Shown here: piece by piece, positions 1 to 9,260 of the stretch
How the letters are laid out: each line of letters opens with the position of its first letter
How positions within the stretch are numbered: position 1 is the stretch's first letter
Virus record (IMG/VR): IMGVR_UViG_3300031555_001562
Length of the DNA stretch: 64,000 bases
Strand: one strand, 5' to 3'
From: a virus
Taxonomy: Duplodnaviria; Caudoviricetes
Program-made: the position numbers and the translations under genes
Notes under the pieces: generated by a model
Database searches by the model: none
What the model was told of the DNA's origin: nothing
The model's input: only the letters and a program-made list of their open reading frames with translations

Positions 1-76
1 TACTAATAGTGACATACAAACTTGCGTTTGTCAAACACTTGTTTGATTATGACGAATATTTTGTGCATATAAAACA

Positions 77-106
77 AAAATGCCGCCCGATTAAGGACGA
101 CATTTT
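77..106 (-). terminator. Probable intrinsic terminator downstream of the tRNA-Trp fragment
   Basis: Minus strand AAAAUGUCGUCC-loop-GGGCGGCAUUUU followed by UGUUUU. Confidence 0.6.
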
Positions 107-115
107 GTGCAAAAG

Positions 116-163
116 TGGCAGGGGCACTAGGACTTGAACCCAGAGCCTACGGTTTTGGAGACC
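116..163 (-). mobile_element. att core: 3' half of tRNA-Trp(CCA)
   Basis: Minus strand GGTCTCCAAAACC-GTAGGC-TCTGGGTTCAAGTCCTAG-TGCCCCTGCCA gives anticodon loop, T arm and CCA; the 5' half (D arm) is absent; adjacent to an excisionase-like gene. Confidence 0.85.
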
Positions 164-248
164 TTGGACACATCTCCGATTTCCGTTGTGCTGCAACAAC
201 TTTTTGGAACACTGCACCAGATTTATTACAATCTTATTACAATGTTGC

Positions 249-437
249 TCACAAAATGTATTTTCGTCCGGTATATGTATCAAGCCATTTTTTAAGGTTT
301 TCCTGTGTTACATAGATGCGATTGTTGATTGTAATAGACGGGAAACCAGCCGAATGCATGAGCGCATATGCTTGATTCTTACCTATACTAAATATACACT
401 GAATATCTTTCGGTGTCAATAGCTTCTGGAATTCCAC
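249..437 (-). CDS. Excisionase-family (winged HTH) protein
   Basis: 62 aa, LLTPKDIQ..FSIGKNQAY.L...GFPSITINNRIYV....L..W pattern; AGGAGG RBS; next to att core. Confidence 0.8.
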   Translation of the reverse strand: MEFQKLLTPKDIQCIFSIGKNQAYALMHSAGFPSITINNRIYVTQENLKKWLDTYTGRKYIL

Positions 438-454
438 TTTAACCTCCTAACGCA

Positions 455-487
455 AAATAGGGCGAGTCTGCACCCGCCCCAATTTTT
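455..487. terminator. Hairpin terminator after dut
   Basis: aaaatagggcg...cgccccaatttt inverted repeat flanked by A/T runs. Confidence 0.5.
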
Positions 488-919
488 TTACTGCTTGCCG
501 GTGCTACCAAAGCCACCACGATCAATATCCTTCAGATGGTCAACAGTCGCAAAGGTCAGATCCTGGGGCTGTTTCTTATCGATTCTGAACTGACAAATAC
601 GGTCATTCTTGTGGATGACGGTATCTCTGTGGGCAATCGCATGGAACTTCCACTGGTCGTTGTTGCCGCAGTAGGACTCGTCGATAATGCCCATGTGGTT
701 TGCCTGGGTGATACCGAAATTCTTGAATGTGCTGCTACGGGGAACGACATGAGCCTCATAGCCTTCTGGTAGGATCATACCAACACCGAGATTAATCAGC
801 TTGGACTCACCTTTCTTCAGTTCAACGGTCTCAGCCGCTCTCAGATCAATCCAGTCACCCTTGTCGATCTTCTGTAGCTTGTCAATTTCATTGTCAAAAT
901 ACTTAACCTTGATTTCCAT
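488..919 (-). CDS. dut: dUTPase (trimeric)
   Basis: [30 protein letters not shown] motifs; start moved to ATG 919 (GGAG RBS). Confidence 0.95.
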   Translation of the reverse strand: MEIKVKYFDNEIDKLQKIDKGDWIDLRAAETVELKKGESKLINLGVGMILPEGYEAHVVPRSSTFKNFGITQANHMGIIDESYCGNNDQWKFHAIAHRDTVIHKNDRICQFRIDKKQPQDLTFATVDHLKDIDRGGFGSTGKQ

Positions 920-1478
920 GTTTCTCTCCATTATGTAGGATAATTCTGTTGTTTGATAATGATGCTCCGCTGTCGATAACTCTCTGGTTAGTGCTTCCTG
1001 CGAAAACGATATTATCATTGTACAGATCTTGCTTGTCTAATTGGAACTTGCCATCAACTACAATATCAGCAAAAACGATTGCACCATATCGGTACAGATT
1101 GCTCAAGTAGTCTCCATTCTCGACTCGTATTGCGTGGCTTTCTTTGACAATCTTTTCCCACTCATAGCCAGTATAGAGCCAGACCTTCTTTTCTGGATAT
1201 CTGCCTTTCAACTGTGCAATCAGATTATACACATCTCTGACATTTTCATCTGCTAGTGGTTCGCCACCAAGAATTGAGATTCTTTTGATATATGGTTTGT
1301 TAGCAAGTTGAATGAATTGTTCTTCAATTTCAGGTGTCCACTCTTTGCCGCCATTGAAATCCCATGTCTCTTGATTGAAACATCCTTTGCAATGGAAGTG
1401 GCAACCCTGAACGAAAAGTGAAATACCAACGCCTTCTCCGTTGGATACATCCATTTTTCTTATTCTTGCGTATCGCAT
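903..1478 (-). CDS. nrdG: Anaerobic RNR activase (radical SAM)
   Basis: [33 protein letters not shown]. Confidence 0.95.
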   Translation of the reverse strand: MRYARIRKMDVSNGEGVGISLFVQGCHFHCKGCFNQETWDFNGGKEWTPEIEEQFIQLANKPYIKRISILGGEPLADENVRDVYNLIAQLKGRYPEKKVWLYTGYEWEKIVKESHAIRVENGDYLSNLYRYGAIVFADIVVDGKFQLDKQDLYNDNIVFAGSTNQRVIDSGASLSNNRIILHNGEKHGNQG

Positions 1479-1912
1479 TACTTTCCTCCGACGAGAACTT
1501 CGTGTACGCTGACATAATACTTATCAGGTAAATAATCTGCGTATGCTACCGTTCTCATTTGATGATAGATTTTAATGTCGCTATCATCATTGATTGTCAA
1601 CCAATGATATTTGACGTTCTTACTGTATCTTTCATCATCGATTCTGTATTCCTGACCGGGCTTGACGATAAAGGAATATGGAGAGGTTGAAAACTCTATA
1701 AACGCTCCATAGTCTCCAATTACGATGCGATCATAACCGTCGCAAATAGGAGATCCATTTATGGTAAATAAAGTATCAACCCCTCCATCCACATTTAGCT
1801 CTGTCGGAATATTGTCAAGATAGAATTTGCGATATTTTTCAGATAAGTCACGTTTGAGCGGCCTATACTTGTATTTCTTCGCAAGTGCTGCTTCTATCTT
1901 GAGTGTGTTCAT
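1478..1912 (-). CDS. Hypothetical phage protein
   Basis: 144-aa ORF translationally coupled between nrdD and nrdG. Confidence 0.7.
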   Translation of the reverse strand: MNTLKIEAALAKKYKYRPLKRDLSEKYRKFYLDNIPTELNVDGGVDTLFTINGSPICDGYDRIVIGDYGAFIEFSTSPYSFIVKPGQEYRIDDERYSKNVKYHWLTINDDSDIKIYHQMRTVAYADYLPDKYYVSVHEVLVGGK

Positions 1913-4110
1913 TCAAAGTCCTTATCGTCAATGTGCATGACTCGTTCTTTGATTTCCTGGGTTCTGCCCTGATTCCAGAAATTAGTACCGATGTAGCCGC
2001 AAGTACGTCTTGCAACACTCATCTTGTTCTGATCTCTGTTACCGCACTTAGGACATTCCCAAGCGAACTTGCCAGTCTTTTCGTCGGTGATGATCTGAAT
2101 TTCCTTATCATAACCACAAACCATGCAGTAGTCTGACTTGGTGTTCAACTCAGCATACATGATGTTGTCATAGATAAACTGGATCAACTGAACAACAACG
2201 TCCAGATTATCTGTCATATTAGGAATCTCAACATAGCTGATAGCGCCGCCAGGAGACAGCTTCTGGAATCGTGCTTCGAGTTCCAGCTTATCAAATGCAT
2301 TGATTTCCTCAAAAACAGGAACATGATAGGAATTGGTGATGTAATCACGATCAGTGATACCCTCAACAACACCAAAGCGCTTTTTAAGACACTTTGCAAA
2401 CTTGTAGGTAGTACTCTCAATGGGGCTACCATACAGGCTGTAGTCGATGTGTTCCGCATCTTTCCACTGCTTGCACTTGTCATTCAGTGCTTGCATGACC
2501 TTCAGACCAAAAGGCTCACCGGCTTCGCTGTCAGTATGACTGACACCAGTCATGTACTTGGCGCACTCATAGAGACCAGCGTAACCAAGAGAGATAGTGG
2601 AATAACCATCATGGAGAAGATCATCAATCAGCTCATCTTTACCCAGTCTTGCCAGAGCGCCATGCTGCCACAGGATAGGGGCAACATCAGATGGAGTACC
2701 CTCAAGTCTCTGGTGACGCAGCTGAAGTGCCTTGTGGCACAGTTCAGTTCTTGCCTCAAACAGAGTCCAGAAAGTATCCAGATCTCCGCCGGAAGACAGT
2801 GCGATATCAACCAGATTGATGGTGACAACACCCTGATTGAATCTGCCGTAGTACTTTGGCTGATTGGTTTCAGGATCGACATAGGGAGTCAGGAAAGATC
2901 TGCAACCCATACAGGGATAGCAGTTGCCATTTCCGTTCTTGTCGATCTTGTATTCCAGCATCTTCTTTTCGGAGATGTAGTCGGGAACCATGCGCTTTGC
3001 GGAGCATTCAGCGGCGAGTCTGGTCAGATAGAAGTACTTGCTATCCTCATGGATATTGTCTTCCTCCAGCACGTATAGAAGCTTGGGGAAAGCGGGAGTA
3101 ACCCACACACCCTTTTCATTCTTAACACCCTGAATTCTCTGCTTCAGAACCTCTTCGATAATCAGAGCCAAGTCAGCCTTGGTCTGTTCATCCTTTGCCT
3201 CACCCAGATACATATTGACGGACAGGAAAGGAGCCTGACCGTTAGTGGTCATCAGAGTGACAACCTGATACTGGATTGTCTGAACGCCCTTGTTGATCTC
3301 GTCACGCAGACGCATTTCAACAACCTTGTTGATGGTTTCTTCGCTGGGAGTAATGCCATAAATAGCAAGCTCCTTGTTAACCTTGTTACGAATGCTTTCT
3401 CTGCTGACCTGAACAAAGGGAGCCAGATGAGTCAGAGAAATAGACTGACCACCGTACTGGCTACTTGCAACCTGGGCAATAATCTGAGTTGCGATATTGC
3501 AAGCGGTAGAGAAGCTATGAGGCTTCTCGATCATGGTATTGCTAATAACGGTTCCGTTCTGCAACATGTCTTCCAGATTCACCAGATCACAGTTGTGCAG
3601 AGCATTCTGACCGAAATAGTCAATATCATGGAAGTGGATAATACCGTCTTCATGAGCCTGGATAATATCAGGAGTCAGCAGCATGCGCTTACTGATATCT
3701 TCACTCTGAATACCGGCCATGTAGTCACGCTGGGTGGTTGCCAGCATAGCATTCTTGTTTGAATTCTCATTATTCCAGTAGTCGCTCTTGCCGGACAGAA
3801 GCTCCATGATGGATTCATCGGTGGAGTTCTTGGTATCACGCTGGAATTCACGAACGCTGCGATAGCCCTCATAAGCCTTGGCAGTAAGGGTCTGACCCTT
3901 GCCGATCAGCTTTTCAAAGACCATTGATTCAACACGATGGATATCCAGATCTGCGATGTACTTGGCTTCAGCTTCGATCTCATTTGCGATTTCTCTTGCG
4001 ATCTCAGGCTTGATGATGCCGCTGCCATATGTCATTGCTTTCATAATGGCTTCGTAGATCTTCTCTTTGTTGAATTCAACTTCGGAGCAATCTCTTTTAA
4101 TAATCTGCAT
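1909..4110 (-). CDS. nrdD: Anaerobic ribonucleoside-triphosphate reductase
   Basis: N-terminal ATP cone, C-terminal CxxC..CPKC zinc site and RRTCGYI glycyl-radical motif. Confidence 0.97.
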   Translation of the reverse strand: MQIIKRDCSEVEFNKEKIYEAIMKAMTYGSGIIKPEIAREIANEIEAEAKYIADLDIHRVESMVFEKLIGKGQTLTAKAYEGYRSVREFQRDTKNSTDESIMELLSGKSDYWNNENSNKNAMLATTQRDYMAGIQSEDISKRMLLTPDIIQAHEDGIIHFHDIDYFGQNALHNCDLVNLEDMLQNGTVISNTMIEKPHSFSTACNIATQIIAQVASSQYGGQSISLTHLAPFVQVSRESIRNKVNKELAIYGITPSEETINKVVEMRLRDEINKGVQTIQYQVVTLMTTNGQAPFLSVNMYLGEAKDEQTKADLALIIEEVLKQRIQGVKNEKGVWVTPAFPKLLYVLEEDNIHEDSKYFYLTRLAAECSAKRMVPDYISEKKMLEYKIDKNGNGNCYPCMGCRSFLTPYVDPETNQPKYYGRFNQGVVTINLVDIALSSGGDLDTFWTLFEARTELCHKALQLRHQRLEGTPSDVAPILWQHGALARLGKDELIDDLLHDGYSTISLGYAGLYECAKYMTGVSHTDSEAGEPFGLKVMQALNDKCKQWKDAEHIDYSLYGSPIESTTYKFAKCLKKRFGVVEGITDRDYITNSYHVPVFEEINAFDKLELEARFQKLSPGGAISYVEIPNMTDNLDVVVQLIQFIYDNIMYAELNTKSDYCMVCGYDKEIQIITDEKTGKFAWECPKCGNRDQNKMSVARRTCGYIGTNFWNQGRTQEIKERVMHIDDKDFE

Positions 4111-4134
4111 CGAATAACTCCTTTATGTATGATG

Positions 4135-4590
4135 TCAAACTAACAGGTAGTTGACGATATAATCAGCTGCATCGTCGTAATCAGCCTCACGTCTGTGCAG
4201 AGTATCTTCGATCCAAGGATGAAGAACTTTGTTCTCTCCCCCGATACCGATTACGAAAATGTGCTTATTACCAAAAGAATTGACCGCATCTACCATGCCG
4301 AGTTCATAGTGTGTTCCCGTGCTGGTTTCTACGGTATCCAGGTCAACAATGACAATATCACTGTTTCTGACCTGATTCAGATCCCAGTCCTTTACTTCTC
4401 TTTCAGACTGGAAATACGTTTTGCCATACTGATAGAACATTGGCGGATGAATAAACTTGATCTCTGACTGACTAATGCCAACAATATCTGCGGCACGTCT
4501 TACACTGATTTCGATTCTCTTCCGCCATTCCATCTGGTCGTATGAGCTTAGGCCAGCCATCTTGCCAGCCGTGTAAATTCTGTAACTCAT
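4135..4590 (-). CDS. Nucleoside 2-deoxyribosyltransferase-like protein
   Basis: IYTAG.M, DL..V..SDIVIV, STGT.YELG. Confidence 0.7.
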   Translation of the reverse strand: MSYRIYTAGKMAGLSSYDQMEWRKRIEISVRRAADIVGISQSEIKFIHPPMFYQYGKTYFQSEREVKDWDLNQVRNSDIVIVDLDTVETSTGTHYELGMVDAVNSFGNKHIFVIGIGGENKVLHPWIEDTLHRREADYDDAADYIVNYLLV

Positions 4591-4601
4591 ATTACTTCAC
4601 C

Positions 4602-5135
4602 TTAGTAATATCTTAGAATTGAGCCGGAAACGAAATCGTTCACAAATGATTGTGCCTTTTTTCTGAATGCATCAATGTCACCATCATTGTCGATGATGAT
4701 ATCATACGCATAGTTGAACACTCTGCCGTCAGCCATATTTGATGTAATATGCTTAACGGCATCTCTTTTCACCAGCACTGTCATTGCGCCGAATTCATTC
4801 TTAGCTCTTTCGATTTCTTCTGGTTCTCTGATATGTAAGAATAGCATCAATGCGTCATTATTGTGGAACATATTTACTGTGCTATCCATACTTTTGAATG
4901 GCATATCATTGTACTCAGAACACAGCAGTTTCAAATCAGACAGAAATTTTCTGTCCTTTTCTGTTTTGCCGCCATCCCAACCGATCATCCTTGCAATCTC
5001 CTTGACCTTATCCACAGAAGAGAAATTCATGATGGAAAAGCCAGAGCATTCCGCAATCAGCTCAATCAATGTATCCTTGCCAACTCCACCAGAACCATTG
5101 ATGATAAATACTTGCTTTTTCATGTATGACCTCAA
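4602..5135 (-). CDS. P-loop kinase (dNMP-kinase-like)
   Basis: GSGGVGKDT Walker A, HIREP.E. Confidence 0.7.
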   Translation of the reverse strand: MRSYMKKQVFIINGSGGVGKDTLIELIAECSGFSIMNFSSVDKVKEIARMIGWDGGKTEKDRKFLSDLKLLCSEYNDMPFKSMDSTVNMFHNNDALMLFLHIREPEEIERAKNEFGAMTVLVKRDAVKHITSNMADGRVFNYAYDIIIDNDGDIDAFRKKAQSFVNDFVSGSILRYY

Positions 5136-5380
5136 TCAATCGAATTGTAATCTATCTGCAACACTTCTGCCTTTTCTTTGACAGACAGATCTCCGAAAGA
5201 TTCTGCAAGATATTCTTTTGCACAGTCTTCACAAAGCGCCCTACCATCAAGGAAACAATTGGCTTGATTGTCGCATTCGTCACAAAACTCTACGTAGGTT
5301 TTGCGGTTAGGACAGGAGCTGCCCATACAGGGCAACCCCAAATCCGTACATCCCACGCAGTTGTCAACCAGCTTACGCAT
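5132..5380 (-). CDS. Small Cys-rich protein
   Basis: Several CxxC pairs; overlaps neighbouring genes. Confidence 0.65.
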   Translation of the reverse strand: MRKLVDNCVGCTDLGLPCMGSSCPNRKTYVEFCDECDNQANCFLDGRALCEDCAKEYLAESFGDLSVKEKAEVLQIDYNSID

Positions 5381-6170
5381 TGGCTTTCTTCAGAGCTTCC
5401 AGCTGTACCTTCAGCTCGTCTCTGGTGGGATATGCACCACAACCAGCCTTCTTCTCAGGACACCACAGCAGATGCTGGCACTGAGGAACAAGTTCCTTTG
5501 CGAACTCAGCATTGTACTTCTCGATTTCACTCTTCATGAGTAGAGCAAGCTCACGTACAAACTCCTGAGAACGAACACACTGTCTCTTATGAGAGAAGTG
5601 AATCAGCGCTTCGGGAGTGAAGCCGATCACAAACTCAGTCTCAGTGGCTCTGGGAAGAACGAAGTTTGCGTCCTGGGTAGCACGCTTGGGCTTGATACCA
5701 AATTCCTCCAGAGCGGCCTTGATCTTGCGGCGATAGTCATTAATGAGACCCATCAGCTCGTCATACAGTTCCTTTGCCTTGGGACAGTTCATAATGGTCT
5801 TAGGAGTAGACCACTTGAAGCCATCCTTGTCAATGTACCGGAAAGAAGCCATGTTCTTCACGATCTGATCGGGGCTTACATCCTTAACCAACTCTGAATA
5901 CTCAGAGAAAGTGTAATTGTCCTGCATGTCATGGGGAATTGCGGTGCCGATCTCATGGCGCAGACACTGTTCGGAAGTACCTCTATCCAAGCCGGAGACC
6001 TTGAACTTAATGTACTCACATCTGCTGCCGCTCATATGACCGTCTTCTTCGCAGCTCTTACCAACCTTGTCCGCATACTTGTCAGGAGTGTCATAGCAAA
6101 CACAGGCGAAAGTGCCATGATTGCGGTACAGGTTTTCTACTACTTCGGGATTGATAATTTCTACTTTCAT
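5373..6170 (-). CDS. thyX: FAD-dependent thymidylate synthase
   Basis: Q.LRH...SFRY, A.FVLP, KR.C.RSQ..VRELA pattern. Confidence 0.75.
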   Translation of the reverse strand: MKVEIINPEVVENLYRNHGTFACVCYDTPDKYADKVGKSCEEDGHMSGSRCEYIKFKVSGLDRGTSEQCLRHEIGTAIPHDMQDNYTFSEYSELVKDVSPDQIVKNMASFRYIDKDGFKWSTPKTIMNCPKAKELYDELMGLINDYRRKIKAALEEFGIKPKRATQDANFVLPRATETEFVIGFTPEALIHFSHKRQCVRSQEFVRELALLMKSEIEKYNAEFAKELVPQCQHLLWCPEKKAGCGAYPTRDELKVQLEALKKANA

Positions 6171-6445
6171 TGGCTCTCCATATCGACGTAGGCGCTATTT
6201 TTGACAACAATGCTATTTTCACGCCGGATCATCTTCTTATCGAAAGGATCCCAAATGTCAATAGGACGGCTCATCTTTACCATGACAGGGTTTGGATCGT
6301 GATAAGCCTGTTCCATTAAGGACATGAATTGCTGTTCAAGAACTACTCGTGGAGCTTGCACGGTTTGTCTCTGAATAACGCCATTTGCATTAATCTCAAA
6401 TGAACATACGAAGATGTCCATCTGACTTCTTATGTGTTCATACAT
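6167..6445 (-). CDS. Hypothetical protein
   Basis: 92-aa ORF with RBS, downstream of the promoter at 6550-6578. Confidence 0.6.
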   Translation of the reverse strand: MYEHIRSQMDIFVCSFEINANGVIQRQTVQAPRVVLEQQFMSLMEQAYHDPNPVMVKMSRPIDIWDPFDKKMIRRENSIVVKNSAYVDMESQ

Positions 6446-6549
6446 CTTCTTTCACCTATCATGATGAAATGGTAATTTTATTGCAATTTAACCTTCGAAA
6501 CTTTCGGGGCTTGCGGCTGACGTTATTCGTACTTTGTTGGGTCAACTTA

Positions 6550-6578
6550 ATTGTATCACAACAAAGCACGAAAGTCAA
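6550..6578 (-). promoter_or_regulatory. sigma-A promoter with CAACAAAG boxes
   Basis: TTGACT-17-TACAAT with TG extension; boxes at 6532, 6559 (inverted) and 6582. Confidence 0.75.
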
Positions 6579-6599
6579 CAACTTTATTGCGTTTACTAT

Positions 6600-7814
6600 T
6601 CAATTTTTAAGTTCGATCAGGTACTTGATTGTACACTGATCTTCTTTGTAGACGATAATCTCGTCATTGCGCAGCATACTTCCCTCATGAGCATGCATAC
6701 AATTTGCGCCAGGGCAAGCTCTCTGTAGTGCCTCATAATTGAAGTTGTAATACTTGCTGTCAAACGAGTGGACATCATACGGTTTACCATACGCAACGTC
6801 CATCAGCGCCATAAAGCCAGAGTTAGAGCTGCCTCTTGCCCAATAACTTCCGGACAAACTCGTATAGCCTAGGGATTTCTGTGCCTTTGGAGCATAGTAA
6901 ATACCATAGCCGAACATCTTGCCAGTGATAACAGCATTTGTGGGCTTCAGCACCAGGCCGGTATTGATGATTGACCACCAGTTCTCATTTCTGGAACCGT
7001 GGAATAGCAACTTGGTATTCCGGATGTTGTTTGCGCCGACAAACTCATCAAATCGTTTCTGAGTCTTGAGATTTGTGACTTTCCATGCTTTATGGAATTT
7101 GTCTACACATGATCCAAGAGCCATCTTGATTCTTGCGATATCGTCTGCGGTGCATTCTTCGAATACGAGTCCAAGCTGTTCCAGAATAGTGTTTTCACTC
7201 TTCTGCGTATCGCCTACAGCTTCTTCTGTGACTTGTCTCTGGACAACCTGACCGCTCATAACGTCAAGAAGATCCTGTTCTCTCTTGATGATTTCTGCGG
7301 CATTGTCCATCGTCTTAGCCAGATAGAACTGCACATTTCCCATCTTTCGGGGGATTGTTGTAAATAGTTTCAACAGGACTTCATTGAACTCATCCAGATC
7401 TTTGATGTTCAATAGGCTGGTTAGAATACTCTGAGCCTCGTCAACCATTGCCTGAGTAACCCTATTTGCGGAGATTGTATAGTTCTCGCTAATAGCCTTT
7501 TTAGCCATAGCTTGCAGACGATCAACAATCTCAGCAATAGCCTTATTCTCGATATCTCTGTATTCTGAGGACTTGGGCTTTTCAACCTGAATCAAATCCT
7601 CAACGAGATCAGTCTGGTCAACGTAACCTTTTCGGATCTTCTCATTATACTTTGATTCCCATTGATGAATGGAGTATTGACGGCGCTGAACGCCACCGCC
7701 AACTCTGCCATATTCGGCAGTCCATGTATCGCCATGTGGAATCATTTTGTAGAACTTGTTATTGTTCGCAGAAGCCGTAACCATTACCAAATAACGTGGT
7801 CTGATTTCTGGCAT
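6600..7814 (-). CDS. Poly(ADP-ribose) polymerase-like protein (WGR-like + regulatory + catalytic)
   Basis: NNNKFY..YGRVG..K..KGY (WGR-like); LFHGSR, GKMFGYGIYYA..KSLGY, NDEIIVY form the H-Y-E triad. Confidence 0.9.
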   Translation of the reverse strand: MPEIRPRYLVMVTASANNNKFYKMIPHGDTWTAEYGRVGGGVQRRQYSIHQWESKYNEKIRKGYVDQTDLVEDLIQVEKPKSSEYRDIENKAIAEIVDRLQAMAKKAISENYTISANRVTQAMVDEAQSILTSLLNIKDLDEFNEVLLKLFTTIPRKMGNVQFYLAKTMDNAAEIIKREQDLLDVMSGQVVQRQVTEEAVGDTQKSENTILEQLGLVFEECTADDIARIKMALGSCVDKFHKAWKVTNLKTQKRFDEFVGANNIRNTKLLFHGSRNENWWSIINTGLVLKPTNAVITGKMFGYGIYYAPKAQKSLGYTSLSGSYWARGSSNSGFMALMDVAYGKPYDVHSFDSKYYNFNYEALQRACPGANCMHAHEGSMLRNDEIIVYKEDQCTIKYLIELKN

Positions 7815-7823
7815 ATTGACTCC

Positions 7824-8291
7824 TTACAGCTTGCAGATCAGAATTTCAATGTCTTCGCCAGAGAAAACATCGTCAATCAGATCCATAACCTGATCCCATT
7901 CCAGCTTATCCAGGCCGCAGCCGATCAGGGGCATTGCCAGCTTGGTAATACTCAGATCGATACACTGATCGTGCATGTCACACAGGGTCTCATACAGATC
8001 AGAGTATGTAGGCTTGTGGAAGTATCTGGGCTTGGAAACAAGATTGAACACATTGTCAACAAGCAGTGCCTTGCCAACATTTGCATACTTGCAACCATCG
8101 GGGATGGGATGGAACTTATGCAGCTTAAAGCGCATATTGTAGATCTCGTTAAAGGTCTTTGCAATGCCAGCGCCCAGTGCATAGTCGCCACTGATGCAGT
8201 GTGCCAGGTAATAACCCTGTGGAACCTCAAAGAGATTACCATTGATTTCAGTGATAGTCATAATGACCTCCAAATTATTCTGTTTTGACAC
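7824..8291 (-). CDS. Macrodomain protein (TARG1/DarG-like)
   Basis: GNLF, LAHCISGD.ALGAGIA..F, NLVSK, LAMP.IGCGLDKLEW. Confidence 0.9.
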   Translation of the reverse strand: MSKQNNLEVIMTITEINGNLFEVPQGYYLAHCISGDYALGAGIAKTFNEIYNMRFKLHKFHPIPDGCKYANVGKALLVDNVFNLVSKPRYFHKPTYSDLYETLCDMHDQCIDLSITKLAMPLIGCGLDKLEWDQVMDLIDDVFSGEDIEILICKL

Positions 8292-9215
8292 CTATATATT
8301 CCAATACTTCTTTCATTCCCAGTCCACCGCTTTCCCACGGTTTCATACAGTAATTCCAAAGTTTTGGATGGGTGACTTTTAATTGTTGAAAACGATTTGG
8401 TTCTTTCTCAAGATGACATCCGAATCCACAAAATACACATCCTGTGCGATGGCATCCGGTTGTCTTAAATTTACCATTCTTATCCCGAACAATGTCTCCA
8501 TATACAGATGCATATGGAATATTGAATCTTTTTAAGTATTCAAGGATATCTTGCTCTTTCCAAAAGGATAGAGGCTGAGAATACTGTTCCTTGCCCTTGA
8601 AGACGTTGCAACCGTTATTAAGCCATTTTTGTTTTCTATTCTGGCTTTCGCTTGCCATTGTTCCGAAAATTGGTTTTAGACCAGTTTCTTTCGCAAACTT
8701 TTGATTTGGCTCCTTCTTCATCTTATGACAGCAGTAGTCAGAAGTTTTGAATGGAGCATCGATCAGAAATGCCCATTTGCCATTTCCACCAAACATTGTA
8801 TTCTGGACTTCTCCACGAATATATTTAGCTCGCATGCAATTAGGATTTCTTTTTGCGCTTGAAATATATCCAGCAATTCTCTTGCTAACTATTGGGTATC
8901 CGAACGTCTCAATGACTTTTCTAAAGTTCATACTCGGTTTAAGCCATATTACGTTGTCAATTGTTTTCACAAACTCTCGCAATTCGGGATATTCCAATCC
9001 TGTATCAATGAACACAGCAGGAACGTCTGGATATATTCTACGAACCAGGTCTAAGAGGACTGTAGAATCCTTCCCCCTGAGAAAGACACATAAACCTTGC
9101 CTTGGTTCTTTATATACCATTCCATGATTCTTGTCTGCGTAACTTGAATTTTGCGCTCAAGGCTCCAGGATTGCATTATCCGCAAATCTTCATTTGTGTA
9201 TTTCATTTCTCTCAT
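8275..9215 (-). CDS. PAPS-reductase-family protein, frameshifted at G5 (9073-9077)
   Basis: Upstream frame MREMKY...VYVSFSGG joins downstream KDSTVLL only if G5 becomes G6, restoring the SFSGGKDS PP-loop; CC..MKK and RTGCVFC present. Confidence 0.85.
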
Positions 9216-9260
9216 CTATGTGTCCTTTTACAAATTGATCTGCAAATAACAGGTATACCA

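Noticed and set aside
116-163. Functional tRNA-Trp gene
   Set aside because: D arm and 5' acceptor strand are missing; treated as att core.
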